A stretch of DNA of 32,000 nt from Candidatus Methanophagaceae archaeon (GCA_003194425.1 PQXB01000001.1:460444-492443); one strand, 5' to 3'; positions 15,656 through 24,671 are shown, counted from the stretch's first letter. Notes: generated by a model not told the origin, from the letters alone. Translations and numbers: made by a program.

Positions 15656-17542
15656 ATGCCGCGGATTTTAATTTTAGAGGAACTGACGGTCGGAAAAATC
15701 GCGGCGGGCGAGGTCGTTGACCGACCCGCTTCGGTGGTCAAGGAGTTGGTAGAGAACTCACTCGACGCAGGTAGCAGACGCGTCGTCGTTGAGGTCGGCA
15801 ACGGCGGGCGGGACTACATTCGCGTAACCGACGACGGCTGCGGAATCTGCGAGGCAGACGCAGAGACCGCGTTCAAGAAACACGCAACAAGCAAGATTGC
15901 AAAAATCGAGGACTTGGCTTCTCTGCAGACGCTTGGGTTTCGTGGCGAAGCGTTGCCGAGCATCGCAGCGGTCTCGCGGGTTGAAATTAGCACTCGGCAC
16001 GAGAGCGAGGACTTCGGCACTTTCCTCCGCGTAGAAGCAGGCACGACAAAAGAGCGACGGCGGGTAACCAGAGCAGTCGGCACAACGCTCCAAGTCAAGA
16101 GCCTCTTCTACAACCTGCCCGCCAGAATCAGCACTTTTAAATCGCGGGCAACCGAACTGCGGCGAATAATCGCAGTCTGCACGAATTACGCCGTCGCCTA
16201 CCCCGAGATAAAATTTGAACTCTTTCACGACGGCAGGTTGGTGTTAAGCACGCTCGGCAACGGCAAAATGTTGGACGCCCTCGTTAACGCCTACGGCAGC
16301 AGCCTCGGCAGAGAACTCCTCGAACTGAAAGAGCTCGCTGCTCCCGCTACTTCTCCTCTTGTTCAAGTCCGCGGCTTTATTTCCAAGCCCGCAGCGTCTT
16401 ACAGCACGAAGAAGCACCTCTTCACGTTCGTAAATCGGCGGTTCGTGCGGAGCGAACTCGTGGAGAAGGCGGTGAAACGAGGCTACGGAACTTTGCTACC
16501 AAGACACGCTTACCCGTTCGCGGTTCTCTCTCTCCGCGTTCCGCCGAGCGAGGTAAATGTGAATATTCACCCGAAGAAGCACGAGGTTAGTTTCTACCGC
16601 CCCGACGAAGTTTTTCACGCCGTAGCCGAGTCGGTCTCCACGACGCTACGCAACTCGGATTTGATTCCGGAGGTCGTTAAAAAAGCAGGGACAGGTTCTT
16701 TCAGTAGGCAGAGGGAAAAGGAGAGGCAGAGGGAGAAGAAGGCAGAGAGCGAAGAAAAGAGACGAAGCAGAAGAGACGAGGCAAAACACGAAATTTTGCA
16801 GACCTCCTTTCAGTTTCAAAGACCGACTACAGAGGAGGTTAGCAAAAATGAAAAAGAAGGAGGAGGAACAGGAGGAAGAGCAGGAACAGGGACAGGAAGG
16901 GGGAGTTCAGAGTTAAACATTCGTGCCGCACCTTTGTACCAAGTCCTCGACAGCTACATCGTCGCACAGACCGACGCGGACGACTTGATTTTAATAGACC
17001 AGCACGCGGCGGCAGAGCGAATAAATTTTGAGCGGCTGCTCGAGAAATACTGGCAGTCTGGACGCCGAATAAACAATCAGACGCTCTTGAGACCTTACCT
17101 ACCCGAGCTCAGCCCGCACCAACTTTATTTGCTCCGAGAGAACGAGGAGATGCTTAGAGAAATGGGGTTTGACTTGGAGCGGTTCGGCGAGGACAGTTAC
17201 GTTGTGCGGGCAATTCCAGTGGTCTTTCACGGAATGCTTGGAGAAGACGAGATAATCGAGGTGATTGAGCGGTTGGTGGAGGGAGAGGGGGAAGTAGAGG
17301 TAGAGGTGGAGGGGGAGGAGAGCAGTAAAAGGGAAAAGAAGGAGGAGCGTTTAAAGGTCTTGTTCAGCACCGCAGCCTGCAAAGCGAGTGTGAAGGCGGG
17401 CGAGAAGTTGTCTTACGAGGGAATGCGGGAAATCGTGAGAGGACTGAAGGCTGCGAAGATGCCTTTCACCTGCCCGCACGGGCGGCCGACGATGATTCGG
17501 CTGACCAAGCGGGAGATTGAGAAGCGGTTTAAGAGGCGGTAG
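15656..17542 (+). CDS. mutL: DNA mismatch repair protein MutL (endonuclease-type)
   Basis: The N-terminal GHKL ATPase has IAAGEVVDRPASVVKELVENSLDAG. The C-terminal endonuclease motifs are DQHAAAERINFE (DQHAx2Ex4E) and FTCPHGRPT. Confidence 0.92.
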   Translation: MPRILILEELTVGKIAAGEVVDRPASVVKELVENSLDAGSRRVVVEVGNGGRDYIRVTDDGCGICEADAETAFKKHATSKIAKIEDLASLQTLGFRGEALPSIAAVSRVEISTRHESEDFGTFLRVEAGTTKERRRVTRAVGTTLQVKSLFYNLPARISTFKSRATELRRIIAVCTNYAVAYPEIKFELFHDGRLVLSTLGNGKMLDALVNAYGSSLGRELLELKELAAPATSPLVQVRGFISKPAASYSTKKHLFTFVNRRFVRSELVEKAVKRGYGTLLPRHAYPFAVLSLRVPPSEVNVNIHPKKHEVSFYRPDEVFHAVAESVSTTLRNSDLIPEVVKKAGTGSFSRQREKERQREKKAESEEKRRSRRDEAKHEILQTSFQFQRPTTEEVSKNEKEGGGTGGRAGTGTGRGSSELNIRAAPLYQVLDSYIVAQTDADDLILIDQHAAAERINFERLLEKYWQSGRRINNQTLLRPYLPELSPHQLYLLRENEEMLREMGFDLERFGEDSYVVRAIPVVFHGMLGEDEIIEVIERLVEGEGEVEVEVEGEESSKREKKEERLKVLFSTAACKASVKAGEKLSYEGMREIVRGLKAAKMPFTCPHGRPTMIRLTKREIEKRFKRR

Positions 17543-17565
17543 TAAAAGCGAAACGACAAACGATT

Positions 17566-17850
17566 TTAGTCTGGAATAATCCCTTCCCCGGTAAATATTT
17601 TTTTCGCCTCCTCCAAACTCAAATCCGCGGGCGGAACGATGACATCCGATTCTACAATCTCCGCGGGGTCCAAAGCCTTCCCCTCCCGCTTAACAACCAA
17701 AATCATCTCAACCAGCAGTTCTCTAAACCTTTCTTCATTTTTCTCCTCTACCTCCTCCACAATCTTGTTGTCAAGTTCGTTAATTCTGTTCAGAACCGCA
17801 CTGCTCACCTCAAACTGCCCTTCGCCGCCTAAAATCCGCACGACAGTCAT
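17566..17850 (-). CDS. PspA-associated small protein (PspAA-like)
   Basis: 94 aa. The N-terminal RILGGEGQFEV and the C-terminal VIVPPADLSLEEAKKIFTGEGIIPD resemble the PspAA family as remembered. Its start overlaps the pspA stop by 4 nt. Confidence 0.6.
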   Translation of the reverse strand: MTVVRILGGEGQFEVSSAVLNRINELDNKIVEEVEEKNEERFRELLVEMILVVKREGKALDPAEIVESDVIVPPADLSLEEAKKIFTGEGIIPD

Positions 17851-18617
17851 TCTTTCTGCCCTCCTTCCTGCTTCACCCCTTCCTGCCTCTCTCCTTCTTG
17901 CTTCCCCCTTTGAGCTTCTTCTTGTTTCACCTCTTGCTTAAGTTTCTCTAGTTCCAAATCCACCCCGCTGCCAACTTTCATCTTCGCCAGTTCCCGCTCG
18001 ATTTCGTCTTTACCGCCCGACAAATCCTCAAGCGTCCCGAACTCTTCCAACTCGTCCAGCGCAGCCGCCCGCGCCCGCATATTTTCGGTCTTCTCCTCTG
18101 CACGCTGCGTCGCAAGACCCACGTCGCTCATCTCTTCTGAAATCCCGCTCACTGCCTCTTTGATTTTGACCTGCGCCTCTGCTGCCGAGTACTGTGCTTT
18201 TATCGTCTCCTTTTTCGTCCTGAATGTCTCCACCTTCGTAGCCAACCGCTTCTCGGTCGCCGAGAGTTTCTCCTGCTCGCTCTGTAGTTCCGAAATCTGC
18301 TGGTTCAGACTCTCCTTCTCGAGTTCCAACTGCTTCTTCCGCTCCAACGCGAGTTTCGCCAAATCCTCGCGGTTCAACCCCAACGCCTCCCGCGCCTGCC
18401 CTGCGAGTTTTTTTATATTCTGCTCCAACTTCGCTCGCTGCAACTCCAGTCGCTTCTTTGAAGTCGCGACCTCAGCAACGCCGCGCTTGACCTTCTGCAG
18501 CGACTCCAACTGTTTTTGGTAGGAGTAGTCCAGTGTCGCTCGTGGGTCTTCAACCCTGTCCAGCACCTTACTCACCTTCGATTTCACCAAAACACTCATC
18601 CGACTTAACATTCCCAT
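17847..18617 (-). CDS. pspA: PspA/IM30 (Vipp1) family membrane-stress protein
   Basis: The N-terminus is MGMLSRMSVLVKSKVSKVLDRVEDPRATLDYSYQ. A long coiled coil follows, typical of PspA/IM30. Confidence 0.9.
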   Translation of the reverse strand: MGMLSRMSVLVKSKVSKVLDRVEDPRATLDYSYQKQLESLQKVKRGVAEVATSKKRLELQRAKLEQNIKKLAGQAREALGLNREDLAKLALERKKQLELEKESLNQQISELQSEQEKLSATEKRLATKVETFRTKKETIKAQYSAAEAQVKIKEAVSGISEEMSDVGLATQRAEEKTENMRARAAALDELEEFGTLEDLSGGKDEIERELAKMKVGSGVDLELEKLKQEVKQEEAQRGKQEGERQEGVKQEGGQKE

Positions 18618-18692
18618 TTTTTGTTTTTCTCCTTTTTTCTCTTCTCCTCTCCCTTTTTTCTCCTTTCTTTTTTTACTTCTCTCCCTTTCTTC

Positions 18693-18762
18693 CCTTTCCT
18701 TTCTTCCCTTTCCTTTCTTCCCTTTCCTTTCTTCCCTTTCCTTTCTTCCCTCTCCTTTCTTC
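18693..18762. repeat. 5 x 14 bp tandem repeat (cctttcctttcttc) inside a ~160-nt polypyrimidine tract
   Basis: Four perfect units and one variant. It lies between the DUF4389 stop and the pspA start. Confidence 0.95.
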
Positions 18763-18779
18763 CTCCTTTTTCCGTAACT

Positions 18780-19097
18780 TTATTTCTTCTCGTAGATCTC
18801 AGTCGGCTTTGGGAATATCCCTGGTCTCTCGTCGGTCATCCAGTAAATATAGCCAATTAAATGCACATAATATTCCAGGTACCCCTTAACGAAGTCGCTC
18901 AACCCCTCGTTCCTGCGTCCAAGAATCAATATCACGAACCACTGAATAACCATGCATATCTCCGCGATGAGTCCGTACACACCTAATACCAGCGCGATAG
19001 CGATCGAATACACGATTCTGACAAGCAGTTCCAACCGACTTGCGTCCCGTTCGTAAGCAAACAACTGTTTCAATCCTCCCTGCCTTTCTTCTCCCAT
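18780..19097 (-). CDS. DUF4389-like small membrane protein
   Basis: The pattern ..SRLELLVRIVYSIAI...IQWFVILILGRRNEGLSDFVKGYLEYYVHLIGYIYWMTDERP matches the remembered DUF4389 consensus. Confidence 0.7.
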   Translation of the reverse strand: MGEERQGGLKQLFAYERDASRLELLVRIVYSIAIALVLGVYGLIAEICMVIQWFVILILGRRNEGLSDFVKGYLEYYVHLIGYIYWMTDERPGIFPKPTEIYEKK

Positions 19098-19116
19098 TTC
19101 CTTTCTTCTCCCATTT
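19083..19116. repeat. 2 x 17 bp perfect duplication (cctttcttctcccattt) that includes the DUF4389 start codon
   Basis: It creates two ATGs on the minus strand, at 19097 and 19114. Confidence 0.95.
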
Positions 19117-19125
19117 TTTTATATT
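19117..19125 (-). promoter_or_regulatory. candidate TATA box for the DUF4389 gene
   Basis: The minus strand reads aatataaaa, centred about 24 nt upstream of the ATG at 19097. Confidence 0.3.
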
Positions 19126-19330
19126 CCTTTCGTTACTTTCCTCTTAGTTACTTTTGCCCTCTTTTTTAAGATATGCTCTGCTTTATAAAAAGGTTTCAGA
19201 TGCGAAATGCTCTGTAGAATAATTCAATGAGGCAATAGCTATTTGGGCGTCCCACCTAAATACGCTAACTTCTTGTTGCTCCTACATATTTTCTTTATTT
19301 TCTTTATGTCCCTAACGTGTCACCGTTATA

Positions 19331-19393
19331 GTCTCTTCCTTTTCACAAAAAGTCTCTTCCTTTTCACAAAAAATCTCTTCCTTTTCACAAAAA
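19331..19393. repeat. 3 x 21 bp tandem repeat (gtctcttccttttcacaaaaa) upstream of rps6e
   Basis: Two perfect units and one with a single substitution. The array ends 58 nt before the ATG at 19451. Confidence 0.95.
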
Positions 19394-19450
19394 ATACTTT
19401 ACGATTTATTCAACACAGCACCACTTAACAGATTTAGGAGAAAGAAGAAA

Positions 19451-19822
19451 ATGCAAGTAGTAGTAAGCGACACGAAAAGCGGGAAGGCGTACAAGGTGGC
19501 GGGCAAGGACGCGGAGGCGAGTGCGTTGTTCGTCGGGAAGCGAATAGGGGAAGTTGTGAATGCGGAGATTCTCGGGCTGGGCGGCTACGAGTTGGAAATA
19601 ACTGGTGGCTCGGACAAGCAGGGAATGCCGATGCGGAAAGATGTCTCGGGGGCTGCGAGGAAGCGGATTTTAATCTCTTCCCCTCCTGGCTACCGCCCGA
19701 AAGAGCGAGGCAAGAGGCGAAGAAAATCGGTCAGAGGCAACGAAATCTCAACCGAAATCTCGCAGATAAACACGAGGATAAAGACCTACGGGGCGAAGCC
19801 AGTTGAGGAGTTGCTCGCTTAA
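19451..19822 (+). CDS. rps6e: 30S ribosomal protein S6e
   Basis: LEITGGSDKQGMPMRKDVSGAARKRILIS..PGYRPKERGKRRRKSVRG is the S6e signature. Confidence 0.92.
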   Translation: MQVVVSDTKSGKAYKVAGKDAEASALFVGKRIGEVVNAEILGLGGYELEITGGSDKQGMPMRKDVSGAARKRILISSPPGYRPKERGKRRRKSVRGNEISTEISQINTRIKTYGAKPVEELLA

Positions 19823-21045
19823 AATGTTCTCAACTCGCCTCTGACCGCCTGTTCGGAAATCTCTGCGATGTTTGCGAGCCAGTCGTCAATTATTCGCACC
19901 ACTTTCCGCTCAGCCACCCCTGAGTTCAGCCCCGAGTTCGCACCGACAATTTGAGCAGTTGCGACCTTCGGGTCGTCAATTCGCCTGCCGATTTCGGAGA
20001 GGAGTTTTATGTAGACCTCCTGAACCCCGTCTACGCTCTCGGCGACCTCGTTGGCGATTTTGTTAGCGAGGAGGTTGTAGATTTTCCCGGTGTGGTTAAC
20101 GGGATTTTTTCCAGGCGTCCCTTCCATACTAATCGGTCGGCTTGGCGTAATTAGCCCGTTGCACCTGTTTCCGCGACCTGCAGCGCCGTCGTCGCCCATC
20201 TCCGCCGAAGTGCCTGTTACAGTGAGGTAGACCGAGTCAGGCGTGTCCGCCCTGTTCACCTCTGTGGTCACTTCTCTGCTCGTGTAAGTCTCGGCGACGC
20301 CGCTCACGAACTCTTTTAAGCCCTGCTTCGCCGCCTCGTAGTGCTGGTAGTCGTCGACGTGCTTTGAGACGAAGGCGTCGCCGACTGTTAAAATTATCGA
20401 GTCTTTCTCTCTGAGTGCCATCACTTTCATATCTTCACCTACCGCAGGCTCTTTGTCGCGGTACTCTGCCATCACGCGGTCTTCAGCGTTGAGCGCGATG
20501 GCTTCAATCTCGGAAAGCGGGGCGTGAGCAACGCCAAAGGAGGTGTCGTTCGCAGTCGGCATTTCCGTCTTCTCTCGGTCCCTGTTCCTGCTAAAAACGG
20601 TGAGAAGGTCGGAAGAGCCCTGTCCCAGCCTGCTCTCCACTACAACGTGGCTCTCCACATCAAGATTCCGAATGGTCTTCCGCAGGTATTCCTTCGCTGC
20701 TTTGATCGCGACGGTGTCAACTGCGATTTCCTCACCCTCAAAGACCCTCGTCGCTCGCCCGCTCAAGAGAATGTAAATCGGTGAAATAACCTCGCCACCG
20801 CCTTTGCTGCCGTATTTCGGGTTTGACTTGCCTGCGACGAGTTGGACTTTGTCGGTGTTGTGGTGCAAAATCGTCCCGCATTTTTCCTTGTACTCACTGC
20901 ACAACGCCACGCTGACCGCTTCTGCGATGCCGTCGCAGAGGCTGTCCGGGTGCCCCAGCCCCTTCCGCTCCACCATTTCAATCGCCTGCTCCTCAACCGG
21001 CTCCCTGCTCACGAACTCAACATTTATGTTCCTCGTTAGACCCAT
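19819..21045 (-). CDS. metK: archaeal-type S-adenosylmethionine synthetase
   Basis: [20 protein letters not shown] and the overall archaeal MAT pattern. The track ORF extends to 21120, but the K-rich 25-aa extension is unlikely to be real. The ATG at 21045 gives a protein starting [11 protein letters not shown]. Confidence 0.9.
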   Translation of the reverse strand: MGLTRNINVEFVSREPVEEQAIEMVERKGLGHPDSLCDGIAEAVSVALCSEYKEKCGTILHHNTDKVQLVAGKSNPKYGSKGGGEVISPIYILLSGRATRVFEGEEIAVDTVAIKAAKEYLRKTIRNLDVESHVVVESRLGQGSSDLLTVFSRNRDREKTEMPTANDTSFGVAHAPLSEIEAIALNAEDRVMAEYRDKEPAVGEDMKVMALREKDSIILTVGDAFVSKHVDDYQHYEAAKQGLKEFVSGVAETYTSREVTTEVNRADTPDSVYLTVTGTSAEMGDDGAAGRGNRCNGLITPSRPISMEGTPGKNPVNHTGKIYNLLANKIANEVAESVDGVQEVYIKLLSEIGRRIDDPKVATAQIVGANSGLNSGVAERKVVRIIDDWLANIAEISEQAVRGELRTF

Positions 21046-21140
21046 TTTTCCCCTCTCTTTTTGTCTTGCTTCTTCTTCTTTTTTGTCTTGCTTCTTCTTA
21101 TTAATTCTAACCAAAAGCAAAGAAAGAGGGAAATGAAAAG

Positions 21141-21797
21141 ATGGTTACAGAAGACCGAATAAGAACCGCCGTAGCCACGATAAAACGCGGTGGCACGGTA
21201 ATTTACCCCACTGAAACGGTCTACGGGTTAGGAGCCGACGCCTTCTCCGAGGACGCAGTGCGGAAGGTCTACAAAATAAAAAACCGAGATTTCTCGCAGC
21301 CACTCTCGGTTGCTGTCTCGTCCTTCGAGATGCTGCAGGAGGTTGCGTTTGTGGCTTCGGAGTGCTTAGAGGTTCTGAGCGAGCTGCTTCCGGGACCTGT
21401 TACGGTCTTGTTGCGGAGGAAGGCTGGAGTTGCGCCGGTCTTGACTGCGGGGTCTGCGGGGTCTGAAGTTGAAGTTGTTGGCGTGCGGTTTCCGGAGAAC
21501 GAGGTTGCGCGGCGGCTAATTGAAGGGGCGGGACCGCTTACTGCGACGAGTGCGAACCTCTCGGGCAGGGCGCCGCCGACTTGCGTTGAAGAAGTAGAAA
21601 TAAAAGCAGACATTATTTTAAATGGCGGTAAGTGTAAGTACAGTGTGCAGTCCACCGTTGTGGATTTCTCGGCGACGGCGACGCCAAAAGAGAAGAAAAT
21701 AGAAATAAAAAGGAGAGGAGCAGGTTATGAAAGAATATTGCACATCCTGCGGCGTAAAGTTGCAGGAGAAGGGCTACACGGTCTTTCCGTGCCCTAA
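21141..21797 (+). CDS. tsaC: L-threonylcarbamoyladenylate synthase, YrdC-domain type (Sua5/TsaC family)
   Basis: [22 protein letters not shown]...KIKNR..SQPLSV...TSANLSG are the YrdC motifs. Confidence 0.85.
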   Translation: MVTEDRIRTAVATIKRGGTVIYPTETVYGLGADAFSEDAVRKVYKIKNRDFSQPLSVAVSSFEMLQEVAFVASECLEVLSELLPGPVTVLLRRKAGVAPVLTAGSAGSEVEVVGVRFPENEVARRLIEGAGPLTATSANLSGRAPPTCVEEVEIKADIILNGGKCKYSVQSTVVDFSATATPKEKKIEIKRRGAGYERILHILRRKVAGEGLHGLSVP

Positions 21798-21888
21798 CTG
21801 TGGAGAGGTCGAGATAGGAAGATGCGCAAGGTGTCGGAAGCAGAGTAATTTGTACAAGTGTGAGAAATGCGGTTTTGTGGGACCGTAA
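21727..21888 (+). CDS. small Zn-ribbon protein (COG2888-like, translation-associated), absent from the ORF track
   Basis: Hand translation gives [53 protein letters not shown] (53 aa, four CxxC pairs). It lies just upstream of rps8e. Confidence 0.7.
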   Translation: MKEYCTSCGVKLQEKGYTVFPCPNCGEVEIGRCARCRKQSNLYKCEKCGFVGP

Positions 21889-21890
21889 AA

Positions 21891-21902
21891 CTTTTTCTTT
21901 TT
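21891..21902 (+). terminator. oligo-T tract, candidate archaeal terminator
   Basis: ctttttcttttt lies directly after the Zn-ribbon stop codon. Confidence 0.25.
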
Positions 21903-21958
21903 AAGAAAAACTTTACTAAAAGAAAAAGCAAACGAAGAGAAACGACGAGGGACAAAAA

Positions 21959-22333
21959 ATGAGGTGGCAAGGAAGGTCGAGGAGAAAATACACAGGGGGA
22001 AGGCTGCATTTCCTCCGCAGGAAGAAGAAGCACGAGGCAGGTAGACCCGCAGCAGAGACGACTGTTGGAGAGGAGCGGAGGAGGAAAATCCGAACGTGCG
22101 GTGGCGGCTTGAAGATGCGACTGCTCAGGTGCGAGTTTGCGAATGTCGGCGACCCGCGAAGCGGAACCACAAGCAGGGCGAAAATAATCACCGTAAAAAG
22201 CAACCCCGCAAACCCGTTCTTCGCACGCCGAAACATAACGACAAAAGGGGCAGTAATCGAGACCGAGGTCGGCGACGCAGTGGTAACGAGCAGGCCGGGG
22301 CAGGACGGCGTGGTAAATGCGAGGCTGATTTGA
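21959..22333 (+). CDS. rps8e: 30S ribosomal protein S8e
   Basis: The N-terminus MRWQGRSRRKYTGGR and the C-terminal ..AVVTSRPGQDGVVNARLI fit the S8e pattern. Confidence 0.92.
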   Translation: MRWQGRSRRKYTGGRLHFLRRKKKHEAGRPAAETTVGEERRRKIRTCGGGLKMRLLRCEFANVGDPRSGTTSRAKIITVKSNPANPFFARRNITTKGAVIETEVGDAVVTSRPGQDGVVNARLI

Positions 22334-22346
22334 AGTTCAGGGTTTT

Positions 22347-23693
22347 ATGAGAAAATACGCAACCGAAATAACTGCGAACGATGACGGAGAACGCGTCTGC
22401 GTCGCGGGCTGGGTGCACGAGAAGCGGGACTTGGGCGGTGTCTTCTTCCTCGTCCTGCGAGACCGCAGCGGACTCGCTCAGATTACTCTGCACAAACACA
22501 AGGGTGAGGGTAAAGCAGAACAAGAGCAGGAGCAAGAACAGGAGCAAGAACAGGAGCAGGGGCTGTTTGAGCGGGTGAGGAAGGTGCCTCGTGAGTCGGT
22601 GGTCGCGGTGGAGGGCAGAGTAAAGAGCGAGCGGAAGGCGCCGAACGGGTACGAAATAATTCCTGAGCGGTTTGAGGTGCTGAGCGAGGCGTCGCAGGTT
22701 CTACCGCTTGACACGACTGGAAAAGTCGGCGCCGAGTTGGACACGAGGTTGGACGCGCGGTTTATGGATTTGCGGACCGAGCGGACGAAGGAGATTTTTC
22801 TAATTCGCAGCCTCGTCCTCAAGGCGGTGCGGGAGTTCCTGACCGCCGAGCGTGGGTTCGTGGAAATAAACACGCCGAAGATCGTGAGTGCAGCGACCGA
22901 AGGAGGGACTGCTCTGTTCCCGATTTCGTATTTCGAGCGAGAAGCGTTCTTGAACCAGAGTCCGCAGCTTTACAAGCAGATTTTGATGGCTTCGGGTTTT
23001 GACTGCGTCTACGAGATTGCCCCGATTTTCCGCGCAGAGGAGCACGACACCACAAAGCACCTGAACGAGGCGACTTCGGTGGATGTGGAGGTCGCGTTCG
23101 CAGATCACGAGGTAGTGATGAAAATCTTGGAGGAGCTCGTTGCGGCGGTGTACTCGGAGGTTGCGAATTATCCGGGCTTGGAGAGGCTGGGAGTAAGCCT
23201 CAATGTCCCGGAACTGCCGTTCAGACGCGTAACCTACGACGAGGCGGTTGAACTGCTCTCCGAGGCGGGCGAGGAAATCGAGTGGGGCGACGACCTCGGC
23301 ACTTCCGCAGAGCACAGGCTGGGCGAGCAAATCGGCGAACTTTACTTCGTCACTGACTGGCCGTGTGCGACGAAGCCGTTTTACGCTCAGCCTGCTGCTG
23401 CCGCGGGGGAAGGAGAGCGGATTTGCAACGCGTTTGACTTAATGCATCCAAGAATGGAGCTCGCTTCGGGCTCGCAGCGTGTTCATTCTTACGAGCTGCT
23501 GAAGCGGAAGATTGAAGAGAAGGGGTTGAGTGCGGACGATTTTGAGTTTTACCTCGAGCCGTTTCGGTACGGAATGCCGCCGCACGCGGGCTGGGGACTC
23601 GGCGTTGAGCGGCTCTTGATGACAATGCTGGAGGTGGAGAACATTCGGGAAGTGGTGCTGTTTCCTCGGGACAGGCGGAGGCTGGCGCCGTGA
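22347..23693 (+). CDS. aspS: aspartyl-tRNA synthetase, archaeal type
   Basis: It has an N-terminal OB anticodon-binding domain. Class II motif 2 is FRAEEHDTTKHLNE and motif 3 is GLGVERLLM. Confidence 0.92.
   Translation: MRKYATEITANDDGERVCVAGWVHEKRDLGGVFFLVLRDRSGLAQITLHKHKGEGKAEQEQEQEQEQEQEQGLFERVRKVPRESVVAVEGRVKSERKAPNGYEIIPERFEVLSEASQVLPLDTTGKVGAELDTRLDARFMDLRTERTKEIFLIRSLVLKAVREFLTAERGFVEINTPKIVSAATEGGTALFPISYFEREAFLNQSPQLYKQILMASGFDCVYEIAPIFRAEEHDTTKHLNEATSVDVEVAFADHEVVMKILEELVAAVYSEVANYPGLERLGVSLNVPELPFRRVTYDEAVELLSEAGEEIEWGDDLGTSAEHRLGEQIGELYFVTDWPCATKPFYAQPAAAAGEGERICNAFDLMHPRMELASGSQRVHSYELLKRKIEEKGLSADDFEFYLEPFRYGMPPHAGWGLGVERLLMTMLEVENIREVVLFPRDRRRLAP
22518..22559 (+). repeat. about 3.5 x 12 bp in-frame repeat (gagcaagaacag, EQEQ) in aspS
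   Basis: It encodes AEQEQEQEQEQEQEQG, inserted in the N-terminal domain. Confidence 0.9.
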
Positions 23694-23786
23694 TTTACAA
23701 CCGAACGTGAAGTCCGTTCTCACGCAAGTAGTGTTTGACCTCGCGGACGGTGTACTCGCGGTAGTGAAAAATTGATGCGTAAAAAA

Positions 23787-24671
23787 TTATTTCTCTATCG
23801 GAACAATCCTCCTCTTATCCCCCTCCTGCAGCATATCGAGAATGTTAATCAGCTTTGACTGATCCGATACGACAATTTTCGTGTTATCCTGCAGAGATGC
23901 CTGTGTCACCTCAAGCTGTTTCAAAATCTGCGCATTCCCAACGAAGAACTCCTCTGCCGCTCTCGCGACGTTCTCAATCGCCTTTGCTTCACCCTCTGCA
24001 CGAAGTATTGCCGCCGCACGATCTCCTTCTGCCTTTAGTACCTCATTTCTCTTGTCTCCTTCTGCCTCAAGAATCTGCTTCTCTTTGTACGCCTCTGCGC
24101 TCAAAATAGTGGCTCTCTTCTCCCTCTCTGCCTTCATTTGCTTGCTCATTGCGTCTGCGATGTCCTGTGGAGGGTCAATCTTCTGAACCTCTACCCGAAC
24201 CACCTTTACACCCCATTTATCGGTCGCCTCGTCCAATGTTTCTCGAAGTGCGGTATTGATTTTGTCCCTTGCGGTAAGCGTCTGGTCGAGCGTCATATCA
24301 CCGATGAGGTTTCTCAGGTTCGTCTGCGCCAATTTGCTTACTGCAAACTTGAAGTTTGCGATTTCGTATCTAATCGCCTTTGGGTCTGTCACCGCGTAGT
24401 AGATGACCGCATCAACGGTTACTGCAACGTTATCCTTTGTGATAACCGCCTGAGGTGCGATGTCAATGACCGTCTCACGCATATCTATCCGTTCTGCGAT
24501 ATTATCAACAAAAGGCACGATGAACCTCAAGCCCGGGTCCAAAGTCTCTTTATATTGCCCAAATCTCTCCACAATTCCCTTCTCATACTGTTTTACCGTA
24601 GTCACCGCCTTCAGCAACGTAACCACTGCAATAACGAAAAGAACTACCCCGATTGCAAATCCTATCTCCAT
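23787..24671 (-). CDS. SPFH/Band-7 (stomatin/prohibitin-like) protein
   Basis: An N-terminal TM helix is followed by [17 protein letters not shown]...[17 protein letters not shown]. An A/E/K-rich coiled coil follows. Confidence 0.9.
   Translation of the reverse strand: MEIGFAIGVVLFVIAVVTLLKAVTTVKQYEKGIVERFGQYKETLDPGLRFIVPFVDNIAERIDMRETVIDIAPQAVITKDNVAVTVDAVIYYAVTDPKAIRYEIANFKFAVSKLAQTNLRNLIGDMTLDQTLTARDKINTALRETLDEATDKWGVKVVRVEVQKIDPPQDIADAMSKQMKAEREKRATILSAEAYKEKQILEAEGDKRNEVLKAEGDRAAAILRAEGEAKAIENVARAAEEFFVGNAQILKQLEVTQASLQDNTKIVVSDQSKLINILDMLQEGDKRRIVPIEK

Noticed and set aside
19141-19450. Searched the long non-coding gaps (9074-9425, 12507-12637, 19117-19450, 23694-23786) for tRNA or rRNA-like sequences.
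   Set aside because: No cloverleaf-compatible segments or conserved T-loop (GTTCGAATC-like) sequences were seen, and no rRNA-like stretches. No RNA gene could be supported by eye.
19819-19822. Convergent stop-codon overlap of rps6e and the SAM synthetase gene (ttaa), and the 47-nt convergent overlap of aroD with the Toprim gene (31788-31834).
   Set aside because: Both overlaps are real in the sequence, but such compact convergent ends are common in archaeal genomes. They are not treated as a separate finding.
23695-23814. A minus-strand frame reads ..[25 protein letters not shown]-stop, resembling the C-terminus of a SAM-dependent methyltransferase. This could be a gene remnant between aspS and the SPFH gene.
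   Set aside because: It is an open frame of only about 39 codons with no start codon, and part of it overlaps the SPFH 3' end. The resemblance is a subjective impression that would need a translated database search. It is not called as a pseudogene.
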